DNA from: Malacoraja senta
Lineage: Eukaryota
DNA length: 64,000 bases
Direction: 5' to 3'
Assembly: GCA_038087875.1 (NCBI GenBank)
Contig: CM075991.1
Coordinates: 10,914,001 to 10,978,000, forward strand
A program made the translations under genes and the position numbers. Each line of letters opens with the position of its first letter. The first letter of the stretch is position 1. The notes under the pieces were generated by a model. That model saw only the letters and a list, made by a program, of their open reading frames with translations, ran no database searches and was not told where the DNA came from. Below are positions 24,521 through 37,858 of the stretch, in pieces.

Positions 24521-26164
24521 CTGTGCCACGGCAATGAGATCGGAGAGAACAGAGGCAAGGACAAAGGGCAATTATGCACATTGATATAAAACAATTGGAA
24601 ATTGCTTTTTGCAAATGGAGATCATACGTTTCCTGCAATTCCAATTTGTTATAATAAGGATAGTGGTTCGTCTTGGAGGTGCAAACTTCCACTATTTATT
24701 TTTCTCACACTGCTGATAAGAAGACAAATCATTGCCGATTTAATTTAAAACATTTCATGCTCCAACATATTGAATCCTGAATCGCTATTTAAGTTGTTGC
24801 TTGCATTTCTTCCTTGTAATTTTCTCTATTTTAAGGAACTCTGTTTCATTCCACTTTAAAGCGGTTTCATTCAAAATTTGATTTTTTTTTCCCCCTCCCA
24901 AAGTAATTTTCCATATGCATGGGGTCTTTGGAGACACTATGACCTGTCCAAAGAGCAAGGTGTTTGCAGGGAAGATAGACACAAAATGCTGGAGTAACTC
25001 AGTGGGTCAGGCAGCATCTCTGGAGTACAGGAATAGGTGACGTTTCTGGTCGAGTTGCTAGTATCTTCTCTCTCCCATCACAATACAGTATTACCCTCCA
25101 AGCCTGAAGAAGGGTCTCGACCCGAAACGTCACCCATTCCTTCTCTCCAGGGATGCTCCCTGCCCCATTGAGTTACACCAGCATTTCGTGTCTATCTTCA
25201 ATTTAAAACAGCATCTGCAGTTCTTTCCTACACAGTATTTATTCCCTTCCATCTCATGTCTGCAGATAACTCAGTGCTGGTACAACCCTCCCATCCCTGA
25301 TCTACTACAGCTTTCACAAGCTTTGCAAAGCTCCTGAAATGTGTTTATTGTTCAAATAAACAGTAGAATACATGCACTTTTGCGAGGAGACGGGCTGTTA
25401 TTAACTAAATGGAAATGGAGGACAACTTGATAAAACGTGGAAGTACAAAAAAATTAAATGGCCAAAAACATTCCAAGGATAAATAGCTGAAGGGAATCTG
25501 AGAGTATTCTAAAAGCCTTTAAGTAGGAGAACTTTTAGAGACACGATGGAGATAATTAAAGATCTAAACAGAAATCCGTAGAAGATTGAAAGTCCAGCTG
25601 AGACACTAATTGATAGCAATTGGTCCATGTTTACCAGGGAAGAGGACCTTGCCAAAGGCATTGTCAATGGGGAGCAGACAATGATGGATGAAGAAGACGC
25701 CAACGAAAAAGGCAGCACTGAAAATGGAAGACACAAAACGCTGCAGTAACTCAGCGGGTCAGGCAGCATCCTTGGAGAACATGGAGAAAGTGAAGGTACA
25801 CAAAAATGCTGGAGAAACTCAGCGGGTGCAGCAGCATCTTTGGAGCGAAGGAAATAGGCAACGTTTCGGGCCGAAACCCTTCTTCAGACTGATGGGGGGT
25901 GGGGAGAAAGTGACATCACCTATCGATGTTTTCCTGACTCGTTGAGATACTCCAGCATTTAATGCCTTCTTTTGTAAACAAGCATTTGCAGTTCCTTGTT
26001 TCTTGCATTTAAAATGGATACGTTGCAGATACAGATGGATGCAACTGATGACATTGATAGGTTGCAAACAGAAACAGCAGACTCCCAAATTATCTTTTAG
26101 TAAAAGGTTGATGGCAGGTTATTGGAGTTCAGTAAACATTGCATGCTTAGTTCAGTTATATCTA

Positions 26165-26455
26165 GTTTAGTTTAGTTTAGAGATACAGCACAGAAACAGG
26201 CCCTTTGGCCCATCGACTCCACTCTAACCAGCGATCCCTGCACATTAACACTATCCTACACACACTAGGGATAATTTACAATTATAACCAACCAAATTAA
26301 CCTACAAACCTGTACGTCTTTAGAGTGTGGGAGGAATCCGGAGATCCAGGAGAAAACCCACGCAGGTCACGGGGAGAACGTACAAACTCCGTACAGACAA
26401 GCACCCGTAGTTAGGATTGAACCCCGTAAGCAAGTCTACCGCTGCGCCACAGTGC
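26165..26455 (-). mobile_element. tRNA-derived V-SINE (HE1-like)
   Basis: Reverse complement of the SINE family, starting with (TTTAG)n. Confidence 0.8.
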
Positions 26456-27074
26456 TGATTTGAAGGTTAGTTAGTTTAGTTTATTGTCACTTGTACTGAG
26501 GTACAGTGAAAAGCTTTTTGTCGCATGCTAACCAGTTAGCAGAAAGGCTAGACGTGATTACAATCATGATTACATTTGAGTCTGATGAAGGGTCTCGACC
26601 CCAAATATCACCCATTCCTTTTCTCCAGAGATGCTGCCTGTCCTGCTGAGTTACTCCAGCATTTTGGGTCTACCTTCGATTTAAACCAGCATCTGCAGTT
26701 CCTTCCTAACCCGGAACGTCACCCATCCATGTCCCTCAGAGATGCTGCCTGACCGACTGAGTTACTCCAGCACTTTGTACTCTGCACCAGATTCCAGCAT
26801 CTGCAGTTCCTTGTGTCTCTGTCTCTTCAGATCCAGAGACAGTTTCTTCCCAGCTGTTATCAGGCAAATGAATCATCCTACCACAACCAGAGAGCAGTGC
26901 TGAACTACTATCTACCTCATTGGTGATCCTCGGACTATCTTTGATCAGACTTTATTGACTTTACCTTCCCCAAAAGTTATTCTCTGATGTATCTATACAT
27001 TGTAGATGGCTCGATTATAATCATGTGTTGTCTTTCCGCTGACTGGTTAGCACGCAACAAAAGCTTTTTACTGC

Positions 27075-27577
27075 TATTGAGGGGGTGCAGCAAAGGTTTA
27101 GTGGTTAATTCCTGGGCTGGCAGGACTGTGTTATGTTGATAGAATGGAGCAGCTGGGCTTGTACACTCTGGAATTTAGAAGGTTAAGAGGGGATCTTATT
27201 GAAACATATAAGATTATTAAGGGATTGGACACGCTAGAGGCAGAAAACATGTTCCCGATGTTGGGGGAGTCCAGAACCAGGGGCCACAGTTTAAGAAAAA
27301 GGGGTAGGCCATTTAGAACGGAGATGAGGAAAAACTTTTTTACCCAGAGAGTTGTGAATCTGTGGAATTCCCTGCCTCAAAAGGCAGTGGAGGCCAATTC
27401 TCTGGATGCTTTCACGAGAGAATTAGATAGAGCTCTTAAAGATAGCGGAGTCAAGGGATATGGTGAGAAAGCAGGAACGGGGTACTGATTGTGGATGATC
27501 AGCCAAGATCACAGTGAATGGCGGGGCTGGCTCGAAGGACCGAATGGCCTACTCCTACACCTATTGTCTATTGTCTA
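27075..27577 (+). mobile_element. CR1 LINE 3' fragment
   Basis: ORF 27144-27488 is the CR1 ORF2 C-terminus; CTATTGT tail. Confidence 0.9.
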
Positions 27578-28324
27578 CCTCGGTACACGTGACAATAAAC
27601 TAAACTGACCTGAATGGTCATATCATTCTTATTACACCACGGTCGTGATGGGCCAATCTGTCCCCTTCTATGATGTCAAGTTCCTCAGCTTCCATATGAA
27701 CATTACCAGCCACTTTAATAAACATGTACTAATTAAAGAAAGCCATGTACAGATTTGTAAAGCAGAAATCACGTTTGATTAACTTGCCAGGTGCGTTTAT
27801 TGAGAAGATGAAGGCAGGTAATCTGCATAATGATTTAAATGGATATCGACTTATTAAAAGTTTATTAACGTTTCTTTGTTAGCAAGTTGAAGCGTGTCAG
27901 ATCAAAGTGCAGTGTTGGGATCCCAGCTATAAATTTGAGATGCTTAAAGATTAGCTGAGATGCTGTGAAAGGAGAACATGAAATAAAATTCATGAAATAA
28001 AGCTGGGTTTGCTAAACTAATTCATGGTCAACGAAGCAAAACTGGAAGTAATAACTGAGTTATTACGGTCAAGAGATTCCCATTGATGACATTGGACTTT
28101 CCTGGTGAGGTTTTTGTGCTTTCCTGCAGAGTCACCATCTTCTCTGAGGGAACAGGAGAATGTAAAGTTCAGTCAGCAATCCTAGGCCAAAACCTGTCTC
28201 ACAGCTTATCATGGAACCTGGCCACACAGCTGCTCTGCACACTGACATAGATACATAGATACATAGACAAGTCAAGTCAAGAGAGTTTATTGTTATGCAG
28301 TGGGCTGCAGCCATACATTAGTGG

Positions 28325-28667
28325 GAGTCACGGTGGCACAGCGGTAGAGTTTCTGCCTTACAGCGCTTACGGCGCTCAGCGACCCAGGTTCGATCCCGAC
28401 AACGGGTGGTGTCTGTACGGATTTTTTTAAAACAAAACGTAGTTTGTACTTTCTCACCGTGACCGCGTGGGTTTTCTCCGAGATCTTTGCTTTCCTCCCA
28501 CACTCCAAAGACGTACACAGGTTTGAGGGTTAATTGGTGTCAATGTATAGGGTCCCTGGTGTGTGTAGGGTGGTGTTAATGTGCGGGGATCGCAGGTCGG
28601 TGCGATGCAGAAGGGCCTGTTTCCATGCTGTATCTCTAAGCTAAACTAAAAACCAAACTAAACTAAA
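28325..28667 (+). mobile_element. tRNA-derived V-SINE (HE1-like)
   Basis: A/B boxes, V core and (CTAAA)n tail. Confidence 0.8.
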
Positions 28668-28939
28668 TTAGCAATGCCACCACGCTGGCCAAGCACGACA
28701 CTTGTCTGTTTAGAATTTCATCTGCTGCTGTCCTTCGCTGCCCCTGGAGTTACGGCAAGAGAAATAAATGGCGCTGGAGAACATAGAAACTCCGCACAGA
28801 TAGCACCCGTAGTCAGGGTCGAACCTGGATCTCTGGCAATCTAAGCAGCAACTCTACCATTGCGCCACCGTGCTTCTGTAGAAGTTGATAAGAGTCATTC
28901 ATTTCCTTAGTCTCCTGAGGAAGGAGAGGCTTTTTCGGC

Positions 28940-29500
28940 CGTAACTCCTGTGTGACGTGGTCCTGTGGTCCACAACGGCCAAGTTGGCGTACGTTGTGGA
29001 ATTGACAGTTCCATGGGAAGATGGTGTTGAAGAAGCTTATGAGAGGAAAAAAGACCAAGTACTCTGAACTGGCAACTGAAGCTTCCCAGAATGGCTGGAA
29101 GACCAAGATGTTCCCTGTCGAAGTGGGATGCAGGGGATTTGTTGCTACATCTATGACCAGGCTATTAAAGAAAATGGGGGTGAGGGGTCGCTCCCTCCAA
29201 CAAGCAATCAAATCATTATCAAATTCTGCAGAAAAAAACAGCAATTGGATTTGGATCAGAAGGAGAGACAACAATTGGGCTGCAAGATGAAGACAGGAGG
29301 GTATGGAATTGAGGTGGGTGTAACTGGGACGCCAGGTATCATCGTTGAGCCCTCTGGAGACGTTGTGGGCTTATCAATGAAACGTCAAAGAAGGAGGGTG
29401 CCCAGCTGATGACCTTTCACCACTCCAATCCCACTGCAAATAGCAAGATTGCCGACTTATTACAGGGATTGAAACATCAAGTCCTATTAGCTCTACTTCT
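28940..29500 (+). mobile_element. Hero-clade (restriction-like endonuclease) non-LTR retrotransposon 3' end
   Basis: Reads DVVLWS...VVELTVPWEDGVEEAYERKK, then after a frameshift in an A-run TKYSEL...GW...FPVEVGCRGF...WIWIRR, stop at 29290. Confidence 0.8.
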
Positions 29501-32500
29501 GATGTGAACAAAGCCCATGACTTAGTTGTTAATTAATAAGATGTTGTGGAAGTTACAGCGCTGACAATCGCACTGACGGAATGTCTACTGAACAGCTGGA
29601 GGAAAGCGACGCCACCAAGGTTTCCTGACTCGTTTCCCTCTGTGCTGCTTTGAGAACCCTCCTTTGATCACCGGCCCTGTGCTTGGAGGAGAAGCATACT
29701 AGTTGTCACTTTTTTTAATTGAATGCAAACAAGGGAGAATCATAGAGTCAGTGACTCAAACTTCACTGTACTTTAATTGGCACTTGTGACAATTAAATTG
29801 AATCTTGAATCTTGAATCTTAAATCATTTAGCATAGAAATAGGCCCTTTGGCCCAACTTGCCCACGCCAACCAACATGTCCCCATCTACACTAGTGCCAC
29901 TTGCATCCTTTTGGCCCATATCCCTCTAAACCTGTCATAAGGTCATAAGATCATAAGGAATAGGAGTAGAATTAGGCCATTCAGCCCATCAAGTCTACTC
30001 CGCCATTCAGTGATGCCTGACCCAGCTCTCCCTCCTAACTCCATTCTCTTGCCTTCTCCCCATAAGTTCAAGTTCAAGTTCAGATTTATTTATCACATGC
30101 ACCATAAGGTGCAGTAACATTTTATTTACCTCCGACACCTGCACTAATCAAGAATCTATCTATCTCTGCCTTAAAAATATCCACTGACTTGGCCTCCACA
30201 TCCTTCTGTGGCAAAGAATTCCACAGATTCACCACCCTCCGACTACAGAAATCACTCCTCATCTCCTATTGTCCTCTCCACAGTTGTATTCATTGTACAA
30301 TCAGTGTATTTCCCCCCCGGATTACAGATCTTGTTCGTTGGAAGTTCAACGAAGGACGATAAGTCACGCGCATCCGTTCCCCCTGGAGAACCAGCCAAGG
30401 TCAAGGCGACAAATTTCCCTCTCTGTATCCAAGTTACCTGCGCTCAATCCACCGCATCTCGCAACAGTTGTCGTTCCATGCCTTGAGGTCCACATTCGCC
30501 CACATGCGCCGGCACCTGCAGATCTACGCTCTGCCTCTCCTGCAGCTCCGGGCCCCACTCACCCAGAAAAGCAATGGACCTCGACTTCCCTTCATCCTCC
30601 ACACATCTCCTCCAAACTTTGTCCCTCTCACCTCCCATCCCAGTCAACCCTTTTGTTGTTAAGCCCAGGGGAGGGCTATCTGCCTGCGGAATTCAACTTG
30701 AATAGTTTAGTCTTAGTTTAGTTTAGAGGTGTATAAGATCATGAGGAATAGATAGGATCCAGAGTAGGGGAATCAAGAACCAGAGGACATAGGTTTAAGG
30801 TGAGGGGGGAAAGACTTAATAAAATCTTTTACACAAATGTTGGTAGGTGTATGGAATGAGCTGCCAGAGGAAGTAGTTGAGGCTGGGACTGTTACAATGT
30901 TTAATAAACATCTGGACAGGTACATGGATAGGATAGGTTTAGAGGGATATGGGCTAAACGCAGGTAGGTGGGACTAGTCTAGATGGGGCATGTTGGTCAG
31001 CGTGAGCAAGTTGGGGTGAAGGGCCTGTTTCCACACTGCAAACTCTTTGACTATGACTCTCTATACCTAGGGGGTCACTTTGGGGCAGGCTTGGCCTGGA
31101 TAGGCAGGTGAGTTGTAGGGATAGGCACCAAGCACTTCAGGTGACCAAAATAACATTGCACACTGGGATGTTATGTTTCCTACTGCACCATCTGGGTGAA
31201 ATAAAGTCAAAGAGTAAAATAGGACATAGATTCCGTAGCCCACCCCATCCACGCCAACCATTGCACTCATCTCTACCAATTCAATTTACCCACATTAAGT
31301 AGCCTTCTATACCGTGGAAATTCAAGTGCTTCTCTATGGAGTCACAGCATTATACGTTGACTTAGTTGGGGGGTTCTCTTTCAACGTCCAGGATTAGAAT
31401 GAGTTCATGCACTGAACAAGCCCTCATGACGTCCATTCATAAATGTTCAACACTGCGTGGGCAGATTTGCCAATTACATTCTTCAATGTGTTCAGAGATA
31501 CAGCGCGGAAACAGGCTCTTCGGCCCACCGAGTCCGCGCTGACCAGCGATCCCCGCATATTCACACTATCCTACACACACTAGGGACAATTTACAGTCTA
31601 CAGAATCCAATGAACTTACAAACCTGTACGTCTTTGGAGCGTGGGAGGATACCGAGGATCTCGGAGAAAACCCATGCAGATCACGGGGAGAACGTACAAA
31701 CTCCATACAGACAGCACCCATAGTCAGGATTGAACCAGGGTCTCTGGCGCTGTGAGGCAGTAGCTCTACCACCTTACCTCCCTGTTGCAGATAAAACTTG
31801 ATGACTTGATGACATGGCAGATAAAAATATTACACTTTTAGTCTTTTTCGGTCCAAGTTTTTAATCCAGTCCATTGTTCAGTAAATCACAACTGCCCTGC
31901 AGAACTTCAATTCCACTATATTATTAACTCATATATCGCACTTTGAATTTTTATTTCAGTAGTATGTCAATGGTGCGTAACCAAATGGAGGAGGAATAGT
32001 TTAATACTCTGATGACTTTCACACTCAGCTTCTTAATATTATATTCAGTTAGTTCTTGTGTTGTACACTTGCAGAGTGTACAGTTCACAACCGGCAGCCT
32101 GATATTGATTATTAAGTGGTCATTCATAATAGCTACCTAGGGAAAATGTTCCATATATACTCACAACGTTGATTTAAACTGCAGTCCTGTTTATCTAAAT
32201 ATCAGTAATGGCTCTTGGCTGCTCAATGCCCAATATTACAATCGATAAATTCATAATTCACAGGAGCAGAATTAGGCCATTTGGCCCATCGCGTCCACCA
32301 TTCAATCATGGCTGAACTACCTTTCCCTCGCAGCCTTTTTTCAGACTGTTCACAGCCTTTTCCCCTGGGTAGAGGATTCTAAAACTAGCGGGCACAGGTT
32401 TAAGTTGAGAGACAATCTCTGCCTTCTCCCCATAACATTTGACACCCTGGGACAGGCAGCATCTCTGGAGAGAAGGAATGGGTGACGTTTCGGGTCGAGA

Positions 32501-33296
32501 CTCTTCTTCAGCATCTTGTGTCTAACTTTGGTTTAAACCAGCATCTGCAGTTCCTTCCTTCACATTTGACACCCTTACTAATCAAGAATCTGTCTCCCTC
32601 TTAGGCCTTCTGAGCACCTTTGAGCACCGTTTGAGCACCTTACCATTAACATCGCATGCAAAGAAAACCATTCAGCCCATTGTGTGTGTGCTGGTGCATT
32701 AAAATGCCTGTGCTGGCTGCTTGGAAGAGTTATCTAGTCTCAGGCCCTGTTTTTTCCCCACAGTTGAACAATATCCTTTTAAAACCACTTCTCTGGTCTG
32801 AAGAAGGGTTTCGGCCTGAAACGTTGCCTATTTCCTTCGCTCCATAGATGCTGCTGCACCCGCTGAGTTTCTCCAGCACTTTTGTCTATCTCTGGTTCAT
32901 CCATTGTGTCTGTTTGTGTGCCTCAAGGGAAATCTCATTTCCTCTCTAATCTTGTTGCTGATATTTCAAACCTGAAACTTGGCTACCTCCTCTCGCATGG
33001 TTGCCAACTTGTTTGGCAGGTGAACTATTTTCTCCGCCTCCTCTATCAGAACCCTGCAAGCCACCTTCCTTTCACCTTCTCATCTCTTCCAATCTGCCCA
33101 CAGGGCTGAAATCCATTGTTCCGGGCATTATTCAGGTAAACATTCGCCTTCGCCAAGACATGCTTCCTCGGGAAGGCTGCCCAGTTTCATTCATTGGGCT
33201 ACAGGCCTAACTGGTGATATTACCAGGACATCTTTCTTTGGCTGCTCAAAGCCAATGTTTCATTGGCAGCCTCCCATTTGCTTTCTTAAGTAATCT

Positions 33297-33592
33297 GGGC
33301 CGGCACGGTGGCGCAGCGTTAGAGTTGCTGCCTTACAGCACCGGAGACCCAGGTTCGATCCTGACTACGGGTGTTGGCTGTAAGGAGTTTCTACTGCATG
33401 GGTTTTCTCCGGGATCTCCGGATTCCTCCCACACTCCAAAAGTGTAGTTTGTAAGGTAAATTGGCTTGGTATAATTGTAAATTGTCCCTAGTGTGTGTAG
33501 GATAGTGTTAGTGTGCGGGGATCGCTGGTCGGTGCGGACTTGGTGGGCTGAAGGGGCCTGTTTCTGCGCTGTATCGCTCAACAAAACTAAAG
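33297..33592 (+). mobile_element. tRNA-derived V-SINE (HE1-like)
   Basis: GGCACGGTGGCGCAGCG...GGTTCGATCC head and the family 3' tail. Confidence 0.8.
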
Positions 33593-33769
33593 CAAACTTC
33601 CTAGTTAGAAACAACGAGCTGCAGAGACTAGTTTACAGAAGAACTGAGTGCTGGGGTAGCTCAATGGGTCAGGCAGCATCTTAGGAGACATGGATAAGTG
33701 ACGTTTCGGGTCAGGATACTTCTTCAGACTGATTCCCATTTGGATTGGGACCCTTCTTCAGCCTGATTG

Positions 33770-34330
33770 TCACAGCACACCTCTACTTCCTGAGAAGGCT
33801 TAGGAAGTTCGGCATGTCCCCACCAACCCTCGCTAACTTCTACAGATGCACAATAGAAAGCATGTTATCGGAATGCCTCACATCATGGTTTGAGAGGTTC
33901 TCCATCCAAGACCGCAAGAAATTGCAGCAAATTGTGGACGCAGCCCAGACCATCACGCAAACCAACCTCCCTTCCATTGACTCCATCCACACTTGATGCT
34001 GCCTCTGCAAGGCCACCAGCATAATAAAGGGGGTGGAAGATTGCAACCTTCACCCTGTTTCGACTAATGCAATCAACTCGACGTGCACAAACGGAAGATC
34101 AAATAGAACAAGTTGTCCAACAACTTAAGGCTGTGCACGCCACACGGAAGAAGAAGAAGAAGCATAATCAAGGACCAGTCTCACCCTGGTCACTCCCTCT
34201 TCTCTCCTCTCCCATCAGGCAAGAGTTATGGAAGTTTGAAAACCCAGCTGTTATCAGGCAACTGAACTGTCCTCTCACCAACCAGAGAGCGACCCGGACC
34301 TGCCATCTACCACATTGGAGACCTTTGAAC
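33770..34330 (+). mobile_element. Rex1-type LINE 3' fragment (interrupted by copy 3 of the ribozyme retroposon)
   Basis: ORF 33745-33996 has LYFLRRLRKFGMS...FYRCTIES...LQQIV. Confidence 0.8.
34030..34160 (+). mobile_element. HDV-like-ribozyme-headed short retroposon, copy 3 (small deletion in the ribozyme)
   Basis: TSD AGCATAATAAAG / AGCATAATCAAG; (GAA)n tail. Confidence 0.8.
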
Positions 34331-35100
34331 TATGTATAATCTTTTCACTGTACCTTGCACAGGTGACAATAATAAACTAATCTAAACTGAATGAGGCATA
34401 AAACGTTGCCTATCCATGTTCCCCTGAGATGCTGCCTGACCCGCTGAGTTACTTCAGTACTCTGTGTCTTCATACTTATCCCTATTAAACTGGTCACGTG
34501 GCTTCTCAGTTTATCAATCTCCCGAAATCCATCCAAAATTCACGACCATCACGTTCAATCTCTGCTCGGTTGCTGAGATTTGCAAGGTCTACACATGTCA
34601 AGACTTGTACTCACTAAACTAGACAAGCCATTTGTATATTACAAGAGAACCCAAAGACCTAACACTAATCTCCACTGCATATTTCTGCTTCGTCAGACAA
34701 AAAACACATGTATTCATTACATTTTGCCACGTCCTATATCTAATCATTTCTAAGAACGCAGAACAGTGCAACACAGGAACAAGCCTCTCAGCCCACAATG
34801 TCTGTGGCAAATGTGATTCCAGTTCCAGGATCTTGACCCAAAATGGTGTATGTCCATTCCCTCCACTAATGCTGCCTAGCTACTCATTTTCCTCCAGCAT
34901 GTAGTGTTTTACTTAACTACCCAGCATCAACAGCTTCTTGTTACTCTCTTCCTGCCTGTTTATGCGCTTGTCTAAAGGCCTCTGAAACATTTAGACACAA
35001 ACCTCTCGCTGAGGTCCAACTACTGATTCATAGTGTGTAGGAAGGAACTGCAGATGCTGGTTAATACACTAAAGGACACAAAGTGCTGGAGTAACTCAGC

Positions 35101-35449
35101 AGAACACAGAGAACATGGATATGTGACCATTCTGGTTGAGAACGGTCCCGACCCAGAACGTAAGTAAGAATTTCATTGTTCTATCTGGGACATATGACAA
35201 TAAAACACTTTTGACTCTTGACATATTCTCCAGAGATGCTGCCTGACCTGCTGCTCCAGCATTTTGTACCCTTTTGCCTCTTAAACATTGCTATTGTTAC
35301 ATCTGCTTTCATATGCTAAATTAAATATTTTACATGGTACTTCATCAAAAGTCATTCCCCATGTCCACATCTGACCCGTAGTCAGGATCGAACCCAGGAC
35401 TCTGGCACTGTGAGGCAGCAACACTACCACCGTGCCGTCCTTGAATGAA
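35101..35449 (+). repeat. 349-bp direct duplication, left copy (flanks L1)
   Basis: Appears identical to 42088-42436. Confidence 0.95.
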
Positions 35450-35643
35450 CACACTTCCGGTTGCGACATGCTCTGCTAGCAGTCGCAAATTTTTTAGCTC
35501 CGCTGAAAAAATCGCGATTTTTCGCGTTAAAATCGGGTCTGGAGGTCGGGACCGTTTTTAAAAACTTACCGGAGCTTCATGTCGCGGTGCTGATGACGTC
35601 ATCAGTAAGCGCCGCGATTTTAACGGAGGGAAAGTCATTTTAA

Positions 35644-36639
35644 ATGAAAAGTACATCTCCAGGTCAGAGCCCACAGAGGAAAATCTCAAAACATCTGCTA
35701 AAGACTCTGGAACAGCAAGAAACTTCAGAACTGACCTCTGGAGAGGTCTCTGGAATGGCTACTCGATCTGCAAAAGAGAAAACCGAAATGGAGGACTTAA
35801 GAAACTCGGTAAGAGATATCAAAAATGATATGGAAGCTGGGAACAGTAAATTGATAGCCGGTAATGATAAAATACTTGAGGGTATTGAGGCTCTCCAAAA
35901 AAGAATTGAAGGTGTGGAAAAAGGACTATCGATAAAAATTGAAAAGGTGGTAGAAGAGACCACAAAGATGTTTGAGGCTGTGCACGAAACTGTGGCTGCA
36001 AATGCATCTGCAGTGAATGATTTGGAAGCTGCTGTGGAAGTGATGGCTGGAGAGATGCAGACTATGAAGTCAGAAATAGATAGTCTCAAGAACCAAGTCA
36101 CAAAGGTTTCGAATAAATGTGTTGACCTAGAAGCTCGCTCAAGACGTCAAAATATAAGAATACGTGGTGTAAAAGAGGGAGCTGAGGGGGACAATGTTTG
36201 TGAGTTCGCTGCCAACCTAATTAAACACGTACTGAAGCTACCAGAAGTACCTGTAATTGAAGTAGCACATCGACTCCCCAGATTTAAATCAAGATCTCAA
36301 GGAGAACGTGCCTACCCACGACAGATCATAATTAAACTTCGGGATATCTCAACAATGGAAGCGCTGATGAAAAAAATCAACCACGGAGAGAAGATGATGT
36401 ACAGAGGTGATACTATTAAACTCCTACGGGACTACCCTTATGAGATTGAGCAAAAGAGAAGAAAGTTCTCACAGACCAGAGAAGTTCTTTATGGTGTTAA
36501 GGGAGTTTTGTGTGGAGTGTTTTACCCGGCTAGAATGCGTATCACCTTTGAGGGAGTGTCAAAAACATTCACTAATTCGGATGAATCTCTCAAATACGCT
36601 CAAGAAATCGCGACTAAGGCTGCATCAACTGGAGACTGA
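35644..36639 (+). CDS. L1 ORF1p (coiled coil, RRM, CTD)
   Basis: 331 aa; heptad region followed by DLEARSRRQNIRIRGVKEG, IEVAHR, PRQIII and YPARMRI motifs. Confidence 0.93.
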   Translation: MKSTSPGQSPQRKISKHLLKTLEQQETSELTSGEVSGMATRSAKEKTEMEDLRNSVRDIKNDMEAGNSKLIAGNDKILEGIEALQKRIEGVEKGLSIKIEKVVEETTKMFEAVHETVAANASAVNDLEAAVEVMAGEMQTMKSEIDSLKNQVTKVSNKCVDLEARSRRQNIRIRGVKEGAEGDNVCEFAANLIKHVLKLPEVPVIEVAHRLPRFKSRSQGERAYPRQIIIKLRDISTMEALMKKINHGEKMMYRGDTIKLLRDYPYEIEQKRRKFSQTREVLYGVKGVLCGVFYPARMRITFEGVSKTFTNSDESLKYAQEIATKAASTGD

Positions 36640-37858
36640 AAACCAAGACGACATGAACAAATGAACTTGCTTATTCTTCCAACAAGAATATCACAAGGAA
36701 AGTGAATTAACTGAACACTGATTTTTTATTTTTTATTTGACTTCAAGCAACAGATTCTTAGTGAGACGTGGCTAGACATTATTATCTTCGCTGGAACATT
36801 GTGCTATGTAATTCAAGGACACTACGTGCTCAAACGAGGAAAACCTGATAACGGGACGAACTGCTGGGCTGAGAGTGAAAAACATCACATGGCTTATATT
36901 GTTTATAAAAAACTGAAAAAACTGAGAACTAATAATAATTAACAATTAACAATACTAATATAGAAATAGCAATTGAAATAGATAAAAAATGTGCAGTCTG
37001 CTCTGTTTAGCAGATAACAGCAAGTGCTATGCAGCTCGAGAGTGGAGGGAGGGGGAGACCGGGTACCTGGCATAACTCCAGGAGCCAGACTCCCGTTAAC
37101 CCTTCCAGCGAACAGCTCATTTTTAACAATATTAAAATCAATTTAAAATAGTTAAGAGATAATATACACTCGAGGTTGATATGAAAAATATATACGGCTT
37201 ATATAGTTTTACAAAATGCTGAGAATTAATCATAATTAATAATTAACAATACTAATATAGAAATAATATTTGAAACTGATAAAACTGTGGTGCCTGCGTC
37301 ATAACGCAGACAGCAGTTATCACCTATGTTCGCAGCTCGTGGAGAGGAGAAGAGATCAGGCACCTGGCACAATTCCAGGAACCTGACTCCGGTTAATCCA
37401 CTCAGTAAACCGCTCACTTTAACAATACTAAATTCATTTTAAAATAGTTAAGAGATAAAGAGTGAGTAGGATATGGAATCGAATACATTTGACATATATA
37501 TAAATTGTAACTGGGTGAAATAGAACTGAATTGGAAACGGTAATGACCCCATAGATTTTGGGTAAGAAATACAGCGGGGCTAACTTTATACCAACTACGC
37601 CGGAAGCGTTATGGATGTCGTACCCCACAGACGAGTGGGCCACTCACTACGGTGTTGAAATTTTAGACACCGTAAATTTATTTGATTTATATATATATTT
37701 TTTTTTAATCACAATATGTCACATCTGTGTGTTTTTTCTTCAAGGACAATCGCGCAGGAGAACTACCAAGGAAGTCTATAATAGAAATACTCCCAAAATA
37801 ACCAGAGTCCGGAGGTATGAACGCACCACAATAATTAAGGTCATTAAAATTGGTAAAA

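Noticed and set aside
25500..25720. Coding-like purine-rich stretch (also ~52090-52330 and ~32900-33290)
   Set aside because: Contains stops and resembles decayed CR1 ORF2 interior rather than host exons.
35101..35449. Flanking 349-bp repeats read as LTRs
   Set aside because: No TG...CA ends, PBS or PPT; the interior is an L1 with poly(A), and the repeat consists of fragments of unrelated pre-existing repeats.
35664..36101. 145-aa antisense ORF within L1 ORF1
   Set aside because: Likely a shadow frame of the coiled-coil coding region, with no independent support.
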